Origin: Hyphomicrobiaceae bacterium
GTDB taxonomy: Bacteria; Pseudomonadota; Alphaproteobacteria; Rhizobiales; Hyphomicrobiaceae
Direction: 5' to 3'
NCBI GenBank assembly: GCA_050246945.1
Contig: JBFWVC010000009.1
Location: 30,644 to 94,643 of the forward strand
Length of the DNA stretch: 64,000 nt
The first letter of the stretch is position 1; every line of letters starts with the position of its first letter. The notes under the pieces were generated by a model. It saw only the letters and a program-made list of their open reading frames with translations, was not told the DNA's origin and made no database searches. This document shows, in pieces, positions 42,067-52,281 of the stretch. Position numbers and translations under genes: made by a program.

Positions 42067-42110
42067 GAGCGTCACACCAACCTCAACCGTCACGGGCTCA
42101 CCCACGACAA

Positions 42111-42761
42111 TTAAGATTTCGACGATGCTTGCTCAACTGCCGCCTCAGCGTCTTCCCGCTTCGTCATGACGCGGTCGATGAGCCCGAACTCCATCGCCTG
42201 CTCCGCCGTCATGAAGTAGTCGCGGTCAAGCGTGCGCTCGATCGTCTCGTAAGGCTGTCCCGTATGATGCACGTAGACCTCATTGAGACGGCGCTTCATC
42301 TTGATGATGTCCTCGGCATGACGCTCGATGTCGGAGGCTTGACCGGAGAATCCTCCTGACGGCTGATGCACCATGATCCGTGCATTGGGCAGCGCGAACC
42401 GCATGTCCTTGTCTCCTGCGCAAAGCAGAAGCGATCCCATCGAGGCTGCCTGTCCGATGCATAGTGTGGCCACTGGCGGTTTGATGAACTGCATCGTGTC
42501 ATAGATCGCCATGCCGCTCGTCACCACGCCGCCAGGCGAGTTGATGTACATGGAGATCTCCTTTTTCGGATTCTCCGCCTCAAGGAAGAGCAACTGCATA
42601 CAGATCGACGCCGCCATGTGATCCTCGATCGGACCGGTGACGAATATGATGCGCTCCTTCAGCAGGCGCGAGGGGAGATCATAGCCGCGCTCGCCTCGGT
42701 TCGTCTGCTCCACGACCATCGGCCAGAACGTGTTGGTGATGGTATCGACGGGATCGCGCAT
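42111..42761 (-). CDS. clpP: ATP-dependent Clp protease proteolytic subunit
   Basis: I prefer ATG 42761 ([40 protein letters not shown]..). The catalytic Ser lies in GQAASMGS and the His in MVHQP. Confidence 0.95.
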   Translation of the reverse strand: MRDPVDTITNTFWPMVVEQTNRGERGYDLPSRLLKERIIFVTGPIEDHMAASICMQLLFLEAENPKKEISMYINSPGGVVTSGMAIYDTMQFIKPPVATLCIGQAASMGSLLLCAGDKDMRFALPNARIMVHQPSGGFSGQASDIERHAEDIIKMKRRLNEVYVHHTGQPYETIERTLDRDYFMTAEQAMEFGLIDRVMTKREDAEAAVEQASSKS

Positions 42762-42946
42762 GGAAAGTCTCCTGGTCGCCGGCTGAACAGCCCACATGGA
42801 CCGCCCGAGCGGCGGCCCTCGTCTGTCGAGTGAATATCATGCCCGCCACCGCCTCGAGCAAGGGGTCAGGCAACGCGGCAAATGAACTCCGAAAAACCGA
42901 ATTTAAACCAGGGTTGCCGAGATACCTCAGCAACCATGATTGCACG

Positions 42947-44302
42947 TCAGACGTCCGTCGCCGCTTCGAGCGCCTTCATCAGGTCGTCCTTGCTGACGGC
43001 CTTTTCGGTCGGCTTGGCCTGGTCGAGCACGAAGTCGACCACCTTGTCCTCGAAAAGCGGCGCTCTGAGCTGCGCAAGCGCGCCCGGCGTCTTCTCGTAG
43101 TACTCGTAGACGAACTTCTCCTGGCCCGGATAGCGGCGCGCCTGCTCGACGAGAGCGCGGCGCAATTCGTCCTGCGTGACCTGAATCTTGTTCTTCTCGC
43201 CGATCTCGCCGATGACGAGGCCAAGCCGCACGCGACGCTCCGCGAGCTTCTTGTACTCGGCACGCGCGCCGTCCTCTGTCTTTCCCTCGTCTTCGAAGCT
43301 TTTGCCCGACCGCAGCATCTCGTCGCCAAGTTGCTTCCAGATGCTCTCGAACTCGTTCTCGACGAGCGATGCCGGCAGCTCGAAGTCGTGTGCCTTCTCC
43401 AGTGCATCGAGCAGCTCGCGCTTGATCTTCACGCGTGCGGCTTGCGCATACTCCTGCTCCAGCTGCTTGGTCACGAGTTCTTTGAGCTTCTCCACGTTTT
43501 CCGCGCCAAGCGACTTTGCGAAATCGTCGTTGACCTCCGGCACCAATGGAGCGGCGACTTCCGTCACCTTGACGTCGAAGTCCGCCTGCTTGCCCGCCAG
43601 CGTGTCCACTTGGTACGTCTCGGGGAATGTCGCCTGCACGACCTTCTCGTCGCCGGCCTTGAGACCGATAAGCCCTTCCTCGAAACCGGGGATGAAGTTG
43701 CCCTGCCCCACGATGACCTGCATGTCCTTGTCCTCGCCACCCTCGAAGGGAACGCCGTCGATCTTGCCGACGAAATCGAGCGTGACGCGATCACCGTTGG
43801 CGGTGACCCGCCCGTCTTCCGGCTCAAAGGTTGTGGAGCGCCGGCGCAGATCCTCGACGACCTCCTCGATCGCCTCTGGCGTCACTTCGACAACGAGGCG
43901 TTCCAGTTCCAGCTGGGCGAGGTCGGCGACCGCAATCTCCGGCAGAACCTCGAACGACATCGAATAGGCGAGATCCGCCTCGCCTGAGATGACCTTCTCG
44001 ATCTCGTCCTTGTCCTCGGGCAAGTCGATCGCCGGCTGCATGGCCGGGCGTTCGTTGCGATCCGTGATCGCCTTCGACGAGGTCTCCCGAACGGTCTGTT
44101 CAAGCACCTCCGCCATCACCGAGCGGCCATAGAGCTTCTTGATGTGCGCTAGCGGTACCTTGCCCTTGCGAAAACCCTTGAGCTGTACGCGCTCCTTGAT
44201 CTCGCCAAGGCGCTGGTTGAAGCGTTCGCCAAGCTCGTTCTGCTCGACCTTCACCTTGAGCGTGCGCTTCAGGCCGTCTGTGTTCACCTCGGTGATCTGC
44301 AT
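42947..44302 (-). CDS. tig: Trigger factor
   Basis: 451 aa: MQITEVNTDGLKRTLKVKV..GFRKGKVP.., with a central FKBP-type PPIase region. Confidence 0.95.
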   Translation of the reverse strand: MQITEVNTDGLKRTLKVKVEQNELGERFNQRLGEIKERVQLKGFRKGKVPLAHIKKLYGRSVMAEVLEQTVRETSSKAITDRNERPAMQPAIDLPEDKDEIEKVISGEADLAYSMSFEVLPEIAVADLAQLELERLVVEVTPEAIEEVVEDLRRRSTTFEPEDGRVTANGDRVTLDFVGKIDGVPFEGGEDKDMQVIVGQGNFIPGFEEGLIGLKAGDEKVVQATFPETYQVDTLAGKQADFDVKVTEVAAPLVPEVNDDFAKSLGAENVEKLKELVTKQLEQEYAQAARVKIKRELLDALEKAHDFELPASLVENEFESIWKQLGDEMLRSGKSFEDEGKTEDGARAEYKKLAERRVRLGLVIGEIGEKNKIQVTQDELRRALVEQARRYPGQEKFVYEYYEKTPGALAQLRAPLFEDKVVDFVLDQAKPTEKAVSKDDLMKALEAATDV

Positions 44303-44416
44303 GTCGTCAAATGCCTTCGGTCATACTCTTGTTCATGGTCGCCCGGCGGATGCCGGCCCCTCGACTGCCTCCCTGCGGAAGCCGTCCTTGACGTGCGGTC
44401 GCAAAGTAAGGAGCAC

Positions 44417-44501
<85 letters not shown>

Positions 44502-44851
44502 TGACGCCGCGCCAGGACGACCCGGCCGGACGGAACCGGCATGCGCCGGTCCCCCTGGCTCCAGGCTTTGAAATCCCGGGGCGCGGCGCTGAAACCATCA
44601 GCTCTTGCTTCGCGAGACAAGTCTCGGGCGAACATATATCTGCCGAGCCTGCCCGAGATCAATCCCGGATTGGATCGGCAGCTCCGCCGTCGCCAACTGA
44701 TCCGCAAGCCCCCGAAGCTCGCACTCCAGCGCCGAACGAGCCTCACTACCTTCATTCACGTTCATCACCCCAGGTGGCTACGTCGCCATTGGGCGCGGAA
44801 AAACCATAAATGGTATCGGCCGCCCCCAGAGAGAGGGAACAGCCGATACGC

Positions 44852-45004
44852 TCAACGCTGCGATAAGTACATTCCGGCCGCGAATACGACGCACACCGCT
44901 GGTAGCGACATCAGCGCGTAGGGAATGTGTGGAATCGTGATCGATACATGCTGCACCGCCACGAGCCCCACCACCGCAGCAACTGCGAGGAGGAACTTCC
45001 ACAT
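44852..45004 (-). CDS. Candidate 50-aa two-TM small protein
   Basis: MWKFLLAVAAVVGLVAVQHVSITIPHIPYALMSLPAVCVVFAAGMYLSQR*. It is preceded by AAGGAG 7 nt upstream of the ATG. It is below the ORF-track cutoff as a stand-alone ORF. Confidence 0.35.
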   Translation of the reverse strand: MWKFLLAVAAVVGLVAVQHVSITIPHIPYALMSLPAVCVVFAAGMYLSQR

Positions 45005-45184
45005 ATGCCCGCTCCTTGGGCAACGCCCCAGAGCACGACGCTCCGGACAACAAGCGCGCATGTGGTTCGGAGCAAATCTCGTGCCACCCGCAAAGCCCGG
45101 GGACTCTGGAGACAGGGTGGCTGCGCTCGTCGACGTCTTGGACGAATGGTGAATTGCCGCAGGGCGCGCCGCGAAAACGCCGAA

Positions 45185-45214
45185 AGCCAGCTTCCTTGAG
45201 GAAGCTGGCTTTTG
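45185..45214 (-). terminator. Terminator hairpin downstream of the porin gene
   Basis: AGCCAGCTTCC-ttga-GGAAGCTGGCT, an 11-bp stem with T-rich flanks on both strands, about 35 nt after the porin stop. Confidence 0.5.
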
Positions 45215-45244
45215 AAATTGGCACACCTTGTAATGTCCGTTGCC

Positions 45245-46186
45245 CTATTTCATTGGCGCCGGCATCGCGTCGCAGCAGTCGCCAGAGCCGAAGTGATAGC
45301 GCAGGCCAACCTTTATCTCATGCGAGGTCAGATCGTCGAACTTGACGGCCGGGTTGACGTTGAATCCCGTGTCCGACCGCTGGCTGGTGATGGAACCCGT
45401 ATCGAGGTAGCGATAGCCGATGTCGAGGATCGCGCGATCGCTCAGCTGCACGCCGACACCCGCCATGATCGCCCAGGCGAACGAGAGATCGTTGTTGCCG
45501 TGAATGCTGTTCGTCAGCGCCGGATTGCCCGTGAAGGAGATGTCGTCGAGCTGATGGTAGGCGGCACCGATTCCGGCACCCACATACGGAACAAAACGGC
45601 CGAACTTGCCGATGTCATAGTAGGCGTTGAGCATCAGCGTATATGACTTGAGCGAAGTGTGCATCGGATCTTCGACGTCAGGCGGAGGTGTGTAGCCCGG
45701 CACGGGGTCGCCCGGCGTCGGGCCCGGATTGTATACGCCCGGTTCACCCTCGAAATCACGCTTGCCGCGGAAACCCAGCATTACCTCTGCGCGCAGTCCG
45801 CGCGAACCGGAGCCACAGCCGACGCCGACCTCACCAAGCCAGGTATTCTCCAGGTCGGCGTTCGCGACCGCATTGCCCGCGTACGTGTAGGTAATTTCGC
45901 CCGCGTCGATGATGCCATTGGAGTTGGCATCGTCGGTGGAAGGATCGAACGATCCGTTATTGACCGGCCAGGACGCAGAAGCGTTGGACCATGCATAACC
46001 GACATCGGCGCGCACGTAGCAAGGTCCGGCACCCGGCGAGGCCATCACCCGCGGCAACGGAACGTAGCCGTCCTTGACCGACCCCTGCCCATAGGGACCG
46101 AGGTCTGCGGCATCGGCGGGCACTGCGGCGATGGCCATCGCAGCAAGTGCTGCCCCGGCGATGCCAGCCTTGTGGAGTGGGGTCAT
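45245..46186 (-). CDS. Outer-membrane beta-barrel protein / porin (Omp25/RopB-like)
   Basis: I prefer ATG 46186 (MTPLHKAGIAGAALAAMAIAAVPADA, a signal peptide). It has alternating beta-strand patterns and a C-terminal ..HEIKVGLRYHF motif. Confidence 0.8.
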   Translation of the reverse strand: MTPLHKAGIAGAALAAMAIAAVPADAADLGPYGQGSVKDGYVPLPRVMASPGAGPCYVRADVGYAWSNASASWPVNNGSFDPSTDDANSNGIIDAGEITYTYAGNAVANADLENTWLGEVGVGCGSGSRGLRAEVMLGFRGKRDFEGEPGVYNPGPTPGDPVPGYTPPPDVEDPMHTSLKSYTLMLNAYYDIGKFGRFVPYVGAGIGAAYHQLDDISFTGNPALTNSIHGNNDLSFAWAIMAGVGVQLSDRAILDIGYRYLDTGSITSQRSDTGFNVNPAVKFDDLTSHEIKVGLRYHFGSGDCCDAMPAPMK

Positions 46187-46427
46187 TGTCGTTCTCTCAT
46201 GATGCGGGGCTTGAGCAAAGTCGGCCCGTATACTTGGTTGTTTACGGACGGATACTGCTATGAATGCAGTTAACTGCGGGTTAAGTGCCGTGCCGGATTG
46301 AGACATGGCGCTGCGCGGTCCGCCCAGAACCGCCGCAGCAGCCTTGCGGGCGCGCGGCGGCGCGGCTAGTTTGGCCCGGTTTTTTGGTGCGCTTAGTCCA
46401 GCTAGTCTTGGTCAGAGGGGTAGACCG

Positions 46428-47477
46428 GTGCAATTTCACGAGAGCGTAGCGGACGCAGTTGGCCGCACGCCGCTGATCAAGCTCCGCCGCGCCAGTGCGC
46501 AGACCGGGTGCACGATACTCGGCAAGGCCGAGTTCATGAATCCGGGCCAGTCGGTCAAGGACCGGGCTGCCCTGTACATCATCAAGGACGCCATGCGCCG
46601 CGGCCAGCTCCGCCCCGGCGGCACCATCGTGGAGGGTACCGCAGGCAACACCGGCATCGGCCTCACCGTGCTTGCCAACGCGATGGGCTTCAAGAGCGTC
46701 ATCGTCATCCCCGAGACCCAGTCGCAAGAGAAGAAGGATACCTTGCGTCTGCTCGGCGCCGAACTCGTCGAGGTACCCGCCGTCCCCTACAAGAACCCCA
46801 ATAACTACGTGAAATATTCCGCCCGTCTTGCGGAAACGCTGGCAGCGCGCCTGCCCAACGGCGCCATCTGGGCCAACCAGTTCGACAACGTCGCGAACCG
46901 TCAGGCCCACATAGAGACGACCGCCGAGGAGATCTGGACCGATACCGCCGGCAAGGTCGATGCATTCATTTGCGCCGTTGGCTCGGGCGGCACGCTCGGC
47001 GGCGTATCACTTGGTCTCAAGGCCAAGAACAAAGACATCGTCATCGGCATTGCCGATCCGCCGGGCGCTGCGCTCTACAGCTATTACACGACGGGAACGC
47101 TTGCCTCGCAAGGTACGTCCATAACCGAAGGCATCGGCCAGGGCCGTATCACGGCCAATCTAGAAGATGTCGAGGTGGACCGTGCTTATCTCATCGAGGA
47201 TCGCGACGCTGTCGCGACGGTCTTTGCACTGCTGGCGGAGGAGGGATTTTGTCTCGGCCCGTCCTCTGGCGTCAATGTCGCGGGCGCTATACGCCTTGCA
47301 CGCGATCTCGGACCAGGGCACACGGTAGTGACGATCCTCTGTGATCTCGGCTATCGCTACCAGTCCAAGCTGTTCAACCCGGCATTCCTGGAAAGCAAGG
47401 GATTGCCGGTGCCGCCCTGGCTGCAGCCCTCTCGAAGCGAATTGCCAGACGTCTCCGCCCCCCCTCAGTCGAGTTGA
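46428..47477 (+). CDS. cysK: PLP-dependent cysteine synthase / cystathionine beta-synthase-like enzyme
   Basis: GTG start at 46428 with an AGAGGGG RBS. It has the PLP lysine context NPGQSVKDRAA and the GTAGNTG and GSGGT loops. Confidence 0.8.
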   Translation: MQFHESVADAVGRTPLIKLRRASAQTGCTILGKAEFMNPGQSVKDRAALYIIKDAMRRGQLRPGGTIVEGTAGNTGIGLTVLANAMGFKSVIVIPETQSQEKKDTLRLLGAELVEVPAVPYKNPNNYVKYSARLAETLAARLPNGAIWANQFDNVANRQAHIETTAEEIWTDTAGKVDAFICAVGSGGTLGGVSLGLKAKNKDIVIGIADPPGAALYSYYTTGTLASQGTSITEGIGQGRITANLEDVEVDRAYLIEDRDAVATVFALLAEEGFCLGPSSGVNVAGAIRLARDLGPGHTVVTILCDLGYRYQSKLFNPAFLESKGLPVPPWLQPSRSELPDVSAPPQSS

Positions 47478-47565
47478 CGACGCCCCCGAGCGCGGGCTAC
47501 CCACGCCGCAACGATTTCATACGGCGCTATCATGTCGCCGCCGAACCGAACCCGGAGGACCGCAC

Positions 47566-48441
47566 GTGCCGCTCAGTGCCAAGAATTGGATCGTCGATTC
47601 GGATTGGCTCGCCCAGCATCTGGACGCACCCGATCTGGTCGTTTTCGATGCATCCTGGCATTTGCCAGACGCAAACCGCGATCCCAAAGCAGAGTACGCG
47701 ACCGCGCATATCCCGGGGGCTCTCTTCTTCGACATCGACGATCTGGCAGACGAGAAATCGGACCTGCCGCACATGCTTCCTTCGACCGTCAAGTTCGCCA
47801 GCCGCATGAAAAAGATGGGTGTGGGCGACGGCATGCGTATTGTCGTCTACGACGTGGACGGGATGTATTCGGCGGCGCGCGCATGGTGGACGTTCCGAGT
47901 CATGGGCCACGAGGACGTGGCCATCCTCAATGGCGGTCTCAAGAAGTGGAATGCCGAAGCACGCCGCCTCGAGGACGGCCCGCCCCCCCGTCGGTTCGAG
48001 CGGCATTATACGCCGCGTCTCAATGCCGATCTCATTCGCGACATCGACGATATGCGTGCCCTGCTGCGCAACCCCACCGAGCAGATCGTAGACGCCCGTT
48101 CCCCGGGGCGCTTTGCCGGCACCGAGCCGGAGCCACGCGAAGGGCTGCGCGGCGGTCATATCCCCGGCTCGCTCTCCGTCCACTACGATTTGCTGATCAA
48201 TCCCGACGGCACGTTTAAGTCGAAAGAAGAGATAGCCAAAATATTTGCCGACGCCGGCGTGGATCCCCACCAGCCCGTGGTGACGACCTGCGGATCGGGT
48301 GTAACGGCAGCAATCCTGTCGTTCGGCCTTGCCGTCCTCGGTCAGACGAATGCCGCCGTCTACGACGGCAGCTGGGCCGAATGGGGTCAGGAAAATGGTC
48401 TGCCCGTGGAAACCGGACCGGCAAAGACTCCGGTCAGCTAA
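47566..48441 (+). CDS. sseA: 3-mercaptopyruvate sulfurtransferase (tandem rhodanese)
   Basis: GTG start at 47566 with a GGAGGA RBS. It has HIPGALFFD and the active-site loop CGSGVTA. Confidence 0.85.
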   Translation: MPLSAKNWIVDSDWLAQHLDAPDLVVFDASWHLPDANRDPKAEYATAHIPGALFFDIDDLADEKSDLPHMLPSTVKFASRMKKMGVGDGMRIVVYDVDGMYSAARAWWTFRVMGHEDVAILNGGLKKWNAEARRLEDGPPPRRFERHYTPRLNADLIRDIDDMRALLRNPTEQIVDARSPGRFAGTEPEPREGLRGGHIPGSLSVHYDLLINPDGTFKSKEEIAKIFADAGVDPHQPVVTTCGSGVTAAILSFGLAVLGQTNAAVYDGSWAEWGQENGLPVETGPAKTPVS

Positions 48442-48916
48442 GGTCCGCGGTCCCCAGAGCCTGGTCGGCTGAGCAGGACGCTTGAGCATCCAGCAAGGGC
48501 GTGAATCAGACCTTTAATCAGAGACTTGAAGCACTTTCATAGCTGAAGTGTGCGGCGGTTCAGCATGAAAGCCATTCGCCTGACGCTGACCTCGATCGCC
48601 TGCGCGTTGCGATTGAACGCGGAACCTTCCGAGGACCAAAATCCCGAAAATCCGCCCCCAGCCGCCAGCGCCAAGCCCAGCGGCAGCGCTAGGACAGATC
48701 TGGTGGTATGCAATCGTGCCGCGGTGCAAAAAACGCACTATTCACCTATGTATCGTTCCATGCTGATATACCCTGAGGCAAATCAGGGACTGGCAGAGCA
48801 TTGGCGACTGGCAGCAATGACCGTGCGACGTTTGACTTTAGAGACACAAGCAGAAAAGACCTCCCAGATCGCACCGCCCCACTGATGATGACAGAGCACC
48901 TGAGCGAGCCTGAGCA

Positions 48917-49306
48917 ATGGATATTACCGCCACCAAGATTCCGGACCACCTCCACCCCCAGGACGCCCACAAATTCATGCGGGACGCTGGCCTCGTACTG
49001 ATCGACGTCCGCACCGAGGGCGAATGGATCCGGACTGGCTTGGCCGAAGGTGCCGTCGCCATGACTGCGTCAGGACCCGAATTCGTCGACGGCCTGCTCG
49101 ACCTGCTGGGCGGCGACAAGACCAAGCCGGTAGCCTTCATCTGCGCGTCGGGTGCCCGCTCCGCGCACGTACAGCGGTTCCTACTGGCCCATGGCTTCAC
49201 GAATGCGATCAACGTCGTCGAGGGCATGGTCGGTGGCGCTGGCGCAGGACCGGGCTGGATCCTGCGTGGCCTGCCAACTGTACCCTATCATCATCGACGC
49301 GCCTGA
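48917..49306 (+). CDS. Single-domain rhodanese-like sulfurtransferase
   Basis: 129 aa with LIDVRTEGEW and the active-site loop CASGARS. Confidence 0.8.
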   Translation: MDITATKIPDHLHPQDAHKFMRDAGLVLIDVRTEGEWIRTGLAEGAVAMTASGPEFVDGLLDLLGGDKTKPVAFICASGARSAHVQRFLLAHGFTNAINVVEGMVGGAGAGPGWILRGLPTVPYHHRRA

Positions 49307-49397
49307 AGCCTGTCACAAGGGTTCACGCCCGCAATGAGTTGGCGACGGCGAGAACCGCGTGCCACAACCGATGCCCGGTTATTGTGTCCCGACGCGC

Positions 49398-50315
49398 TCA
49401 TTCTGGTAGTGGGACGAACTCTTTTTCGTCGCCCGGCACCAGATGAAATCGCTTCGTTTTCCAATCCTCCTTGGCCGCACGGATTCGATCGAGCGAAGAG
49501 GACACGAAGTTCCACCAGATGTGGCGCGGCCCATCCATCGGCTCGCCGCCCAACAGCATCAGTCGCGCGTGTGACAGTGCCAGCACCGAGATGCGGTCCC
49601 CCGGCTTGAAGACGAGCAATTGTCCAGCGCCGAACATATCGCCCGCGATGTCGATCTCGCCCGAGACAATGAAAATGGCGCGCTCGTCATAGTCGTCGTC
49701 GAGCGGCAGTATCGCCCCGGGAGCCAGCACCGCCTCAGCATAGAAGCTCGGATGCGGAAAATGTGCCGGCGACGTCTGCCCATAGAGCGAGCCCAGTATC
49801 AGGCTGACCCGCTTGCCTTCACCGGTGATGCGCGGCAGCACATCGCGCCCGTGATGCTCGAAGGATGGCGCGCCTTCCTCGTGCCGCTCAGGCAATGCCG
49901 CCCAGGCCTGGATGCCGAACAGCCGTGACAGCTTTGCCCGTTCGCTTTGCGACGAGCGCTCCGAATGCACAATGCCCCGTCCCGCCGTCATGAGATTGAG
50001 CTCGCCCGCCCGGATCGGCTGCGCGGTAGCCAGACTGTCACGATGCATGATCTCGCCCTCGAACAGGTATGTCACTGTGGCAAGACCGATATGCGGGTGC
50101 GGACGAACGTCGATACCGTTGCCCAGCAGGAATTCCGCCGGCCCCATCTGATCGAAGAAGATGAAGGGGCCCACCATCTGGCGTCGCTGCGCGGGCAATG
50201 CGCGACGCACCTCGAAGCCGCCGAGATCACGCGCCCGCGGAACGATTACCAGATCTATGGCATCACAAGATTTTGCATCGCCATGGATCGGATCGTTGTC
50301 GGGAAAAGTGCTCAT
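49398..50315 (-). CDS. Pirin-family protein (bicupin)
   Basis: I prefer ATG 50315 (MSTFPDND..). It has the HPHIGLATVTYLFEGEIMHRDS motif. Confidence 0.85.
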   Translation of the reverse strand: MSTFPDNDPIHGDAKSCDAIDLVIVPRARDLGGFEVRRALPAQRRQMVGPFIFFDQMGPAEFLLGNGIDVRPHPHIGLATVTYLFEGEIMHRDSLATAQPIRAGELNLMTAGRGIVHSERSSQSERAKLSRLFGIQAWAALPERHEEGAPSFEHHGRDVLPRITGEGKRVSLILGSLYGQTSPAHFPHPSFYAEAVLAPGAILPLDDDYDERAIFIVSGEIDIAGDMFGAGQLLVFKPGDRISVLALSHARLMLLGGEPMDGPRHIWWNFVSSSLDRIRAAKEDWKTKRFHLVPGDEKEFVPLPE

Positions 50316-50499
50316 GCCGTTTGCCGTTGCGACTCTTCGAACAAGGCAGAAAGTCGAATATCCGTCGTTCCCCGTTTGCAGCCGACCCGCTAGCTGACGG
50401 CATCGCACGCGCGGCGTCAAATCCGCTCGCCTGTGTCCGGCCAACGGCTGGCCTCATTGTACCGGCCATCATATGAGACCTGCCGCCCGGATTGCTGCG

Positions 50500-51912
50500 T
50501 CATAGCCCGGCCAGGAAGGCGAGCAGATCGTCGCGCGAGGCAGCAGGCAGATTGCAATAGGCATCTCGCGACCTCAGACCCTCTCCCCCATGCCACAGGA
50601 TCGCCTCACTGATCGTGCGCGCCCGCCCGTCGTGCAGAAGCCCGTCGATCCGCCCCGCAGCGATGTCGCGGAGGCGCTGGCCGAGCCCCCACAACGGAGC
50701 CGTTCGCCAAGACCGACCGTGCAGCGTATCCGCATCGCCCGGAATGGCGAGATCGGCGCCCAAGTCATGCAGGAGCAGATCGGAGAACAGCCGCACCGGC
50801 TTGTTCGATAAATGCGGGGCGCGCGGCACGTCACGTGTCGTGAACGCCTCGCGATGACACCCGCCACAGCCGAGTGTCTGGAACTGAAGTTGTCCACTCG
50901 CATTCGCTTCGCCGGCAACCCGACGGAACGGCGCCAATCCCTCCAGATAGGCGACCAGCAGAGAGAGTTCCTCCGCGCTTACCTCATATCCGCCCTTGGC
51001 GGCGGAGCGCCCGTCGGGCGCGGACCGGCACGTCGGCTGGGCAGACGTGCAATCGCCGGCTGGATCAGGCGACAGCGGTGACGATAGCCCCATGTCCAGA
51101 CTGAACGCATCGGCCACCTGGGCGGCCAGCGTGACCGCCGACGCCTTCCAGCCGAAACGTGCAAGGCCCATCTTCCCGGTCGCCGGATCGACGGCACGCC
51201 CGGCATGACCGCGAATGCCGTCGCCATCGCGGTCATCGGGATCAGCACCAGATACAATGTCCTCCTCGGCAATCGCGGCGATGAGGCCAAGTCCCGCGAC
51301 CGGCGGCGGACGACGCAGCGAGACCCGCGTTTGCGCTGAGAGCGGTCCGGAGCCGAGCCGGAGCACCGACACCTCGGGCCGCCTCAACTCGACGCGGCTG
51401 CCATCCCTCAATGTCACTGAAAATGGCGACCATAGAACCTCGAAATGTCCCTCGGACGAATGCCCGGCCACTGCACGATCCTGGAGTTGGCGGCCATAGC
51501 GAGGATCGCCCTCTCGCCCTTCTCTGCTGCCTTCGAACCGCAGTACGTTTCGAACGATCGCTTCGCCCGCCCGGCCCGACCAACGCCCGCCACCCGGCTG
51601 ATGGCATTGCGAACACGCACTCGCATTGTAGAGTGGACCAAGACCGTCGGCCCCGTCGGACACGTTCGGTGCTGCAATCCATTCGGCGGCAAAAATCGCT
51701 GCGCCGATGGCAAATCGTGCCGCCTCAAGGGCCGGAAGATCCCCCAGCACTGCGGATTGCTCGTCCTCCAAGGCTGCATTTCCCGCGGCAACCGCAGTAC
51801 AGGGCCACACTGCAACCGCCGCACACAGCAAGACGGTCAAACCGGCAAACGCGCAACCAAGCCGTGCGTGCCTCAGACCGATCAAATTCCTGCATGAACC
51901 AGATCGTTGCAT
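50500..51912 (-). CDS. Di-heme c-type oxidoreductase / putative peroxidase (DUF1111 family)
   Basis: I prefer ATG 51912 (MQRSGS.., followed by a signal-like LTVLLCAAVAVWPCTAVAA). It has two CxxCH motifs, CSQCH and CGGCH. Confidence 0.75.
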   Translation of the reverse strand: MQRSGSCRNLIGLRHARLGCAFAGLTVLLCAAVAVWPCTAVAAGNAALEDEQSAVLGDLPALEAARFAIGAAIFAAEWIAAPNVSDGADGLGPLYNASACSQCHQPGGGRWSGRAGEAIVRNVLRFEGSREGREGDPRYGRQLQDRAVAGHSSEGHFEVLWSPFSVTLRDGSRVELRRPEVSVLRLGSGPLSAQTRVSLRRPPPVAGLGLIAAIAEEDIVSGADPDDRDGDGIRGHAGRAVDPATGKMGLARFGWKASAVTLAAQVADAFSLDMGLSSPLSPDPAGDCTSAQPTCRSAPDGRSAAKGGYEVSAEELSLLVAYLEGLAPFRRVAGEANASGQLQFQTLGCGGCHREAFTTRDVPRAPHLSNKPVRLFSDLLLHDLGADLAIPGDADTLHGRSWRTAPLWGLGQRLRDIAAGRIDGLLHDGRARTISEAILWHGGEGLRSRDAYCNLPAASRDDLLAFLAGL

Positions 51913-52281
51913 CGAAAGGTTGTATTTCCCCCTGGAGAACATATAGAGCCTCGCAGAGCCGGCATTGAGCCTGTAGGAATGGCCACGGCGCAACCGCGCC
52001 CCAAATACGCCGCAGCATGTCCGCGGCGAGCCCATTCTTCTCATATGGCTGCGAAATAGCGTCAACGTGTATGAAACGAAAATGTTTTCCAATCGACAAC
52101 CCTGACCAGACACGGTGATATGATGAACTATAAATGCCCGCGAAGACGGCCACGAAAGTGGCGACATTGGCACGCGAAACTGCCATCCCGAGGCAAATAA
52201 TCATTTCGGGCACGTGCTACGACACGCTTTCGCAACCGAATTTGTACGGATGTGCCAACGAACTGAACGAGTGCTGGATCG

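Noticed and set aside
42762-42946. CTTG-N17-CATGATAT upstream of clpP, considered as a third sigma32 promoter
   Set aside because: The -10 element departs from CCCCATNT/CYTATNT at several positions. It is much weaker than the lon and clpX motifs.
42830-43987. 385-aa plus-strand ORF
   Set aside because: It is antisense to tig. It is a shadow ORF.
47530-48489. 319-aa minus-strand ORF
   Set aside because: It is antisense to sseA. It is a shadow ORF.
48550-48885. 111-aa plus-strand ORF in the sseA-rhodanese spacer
   Set aside because: It has no recognisable motif or convincing signal peptide, its codon usage is mixed, and I saw no obvious RBS. I left it as a possibility only, inside the spacer finding.
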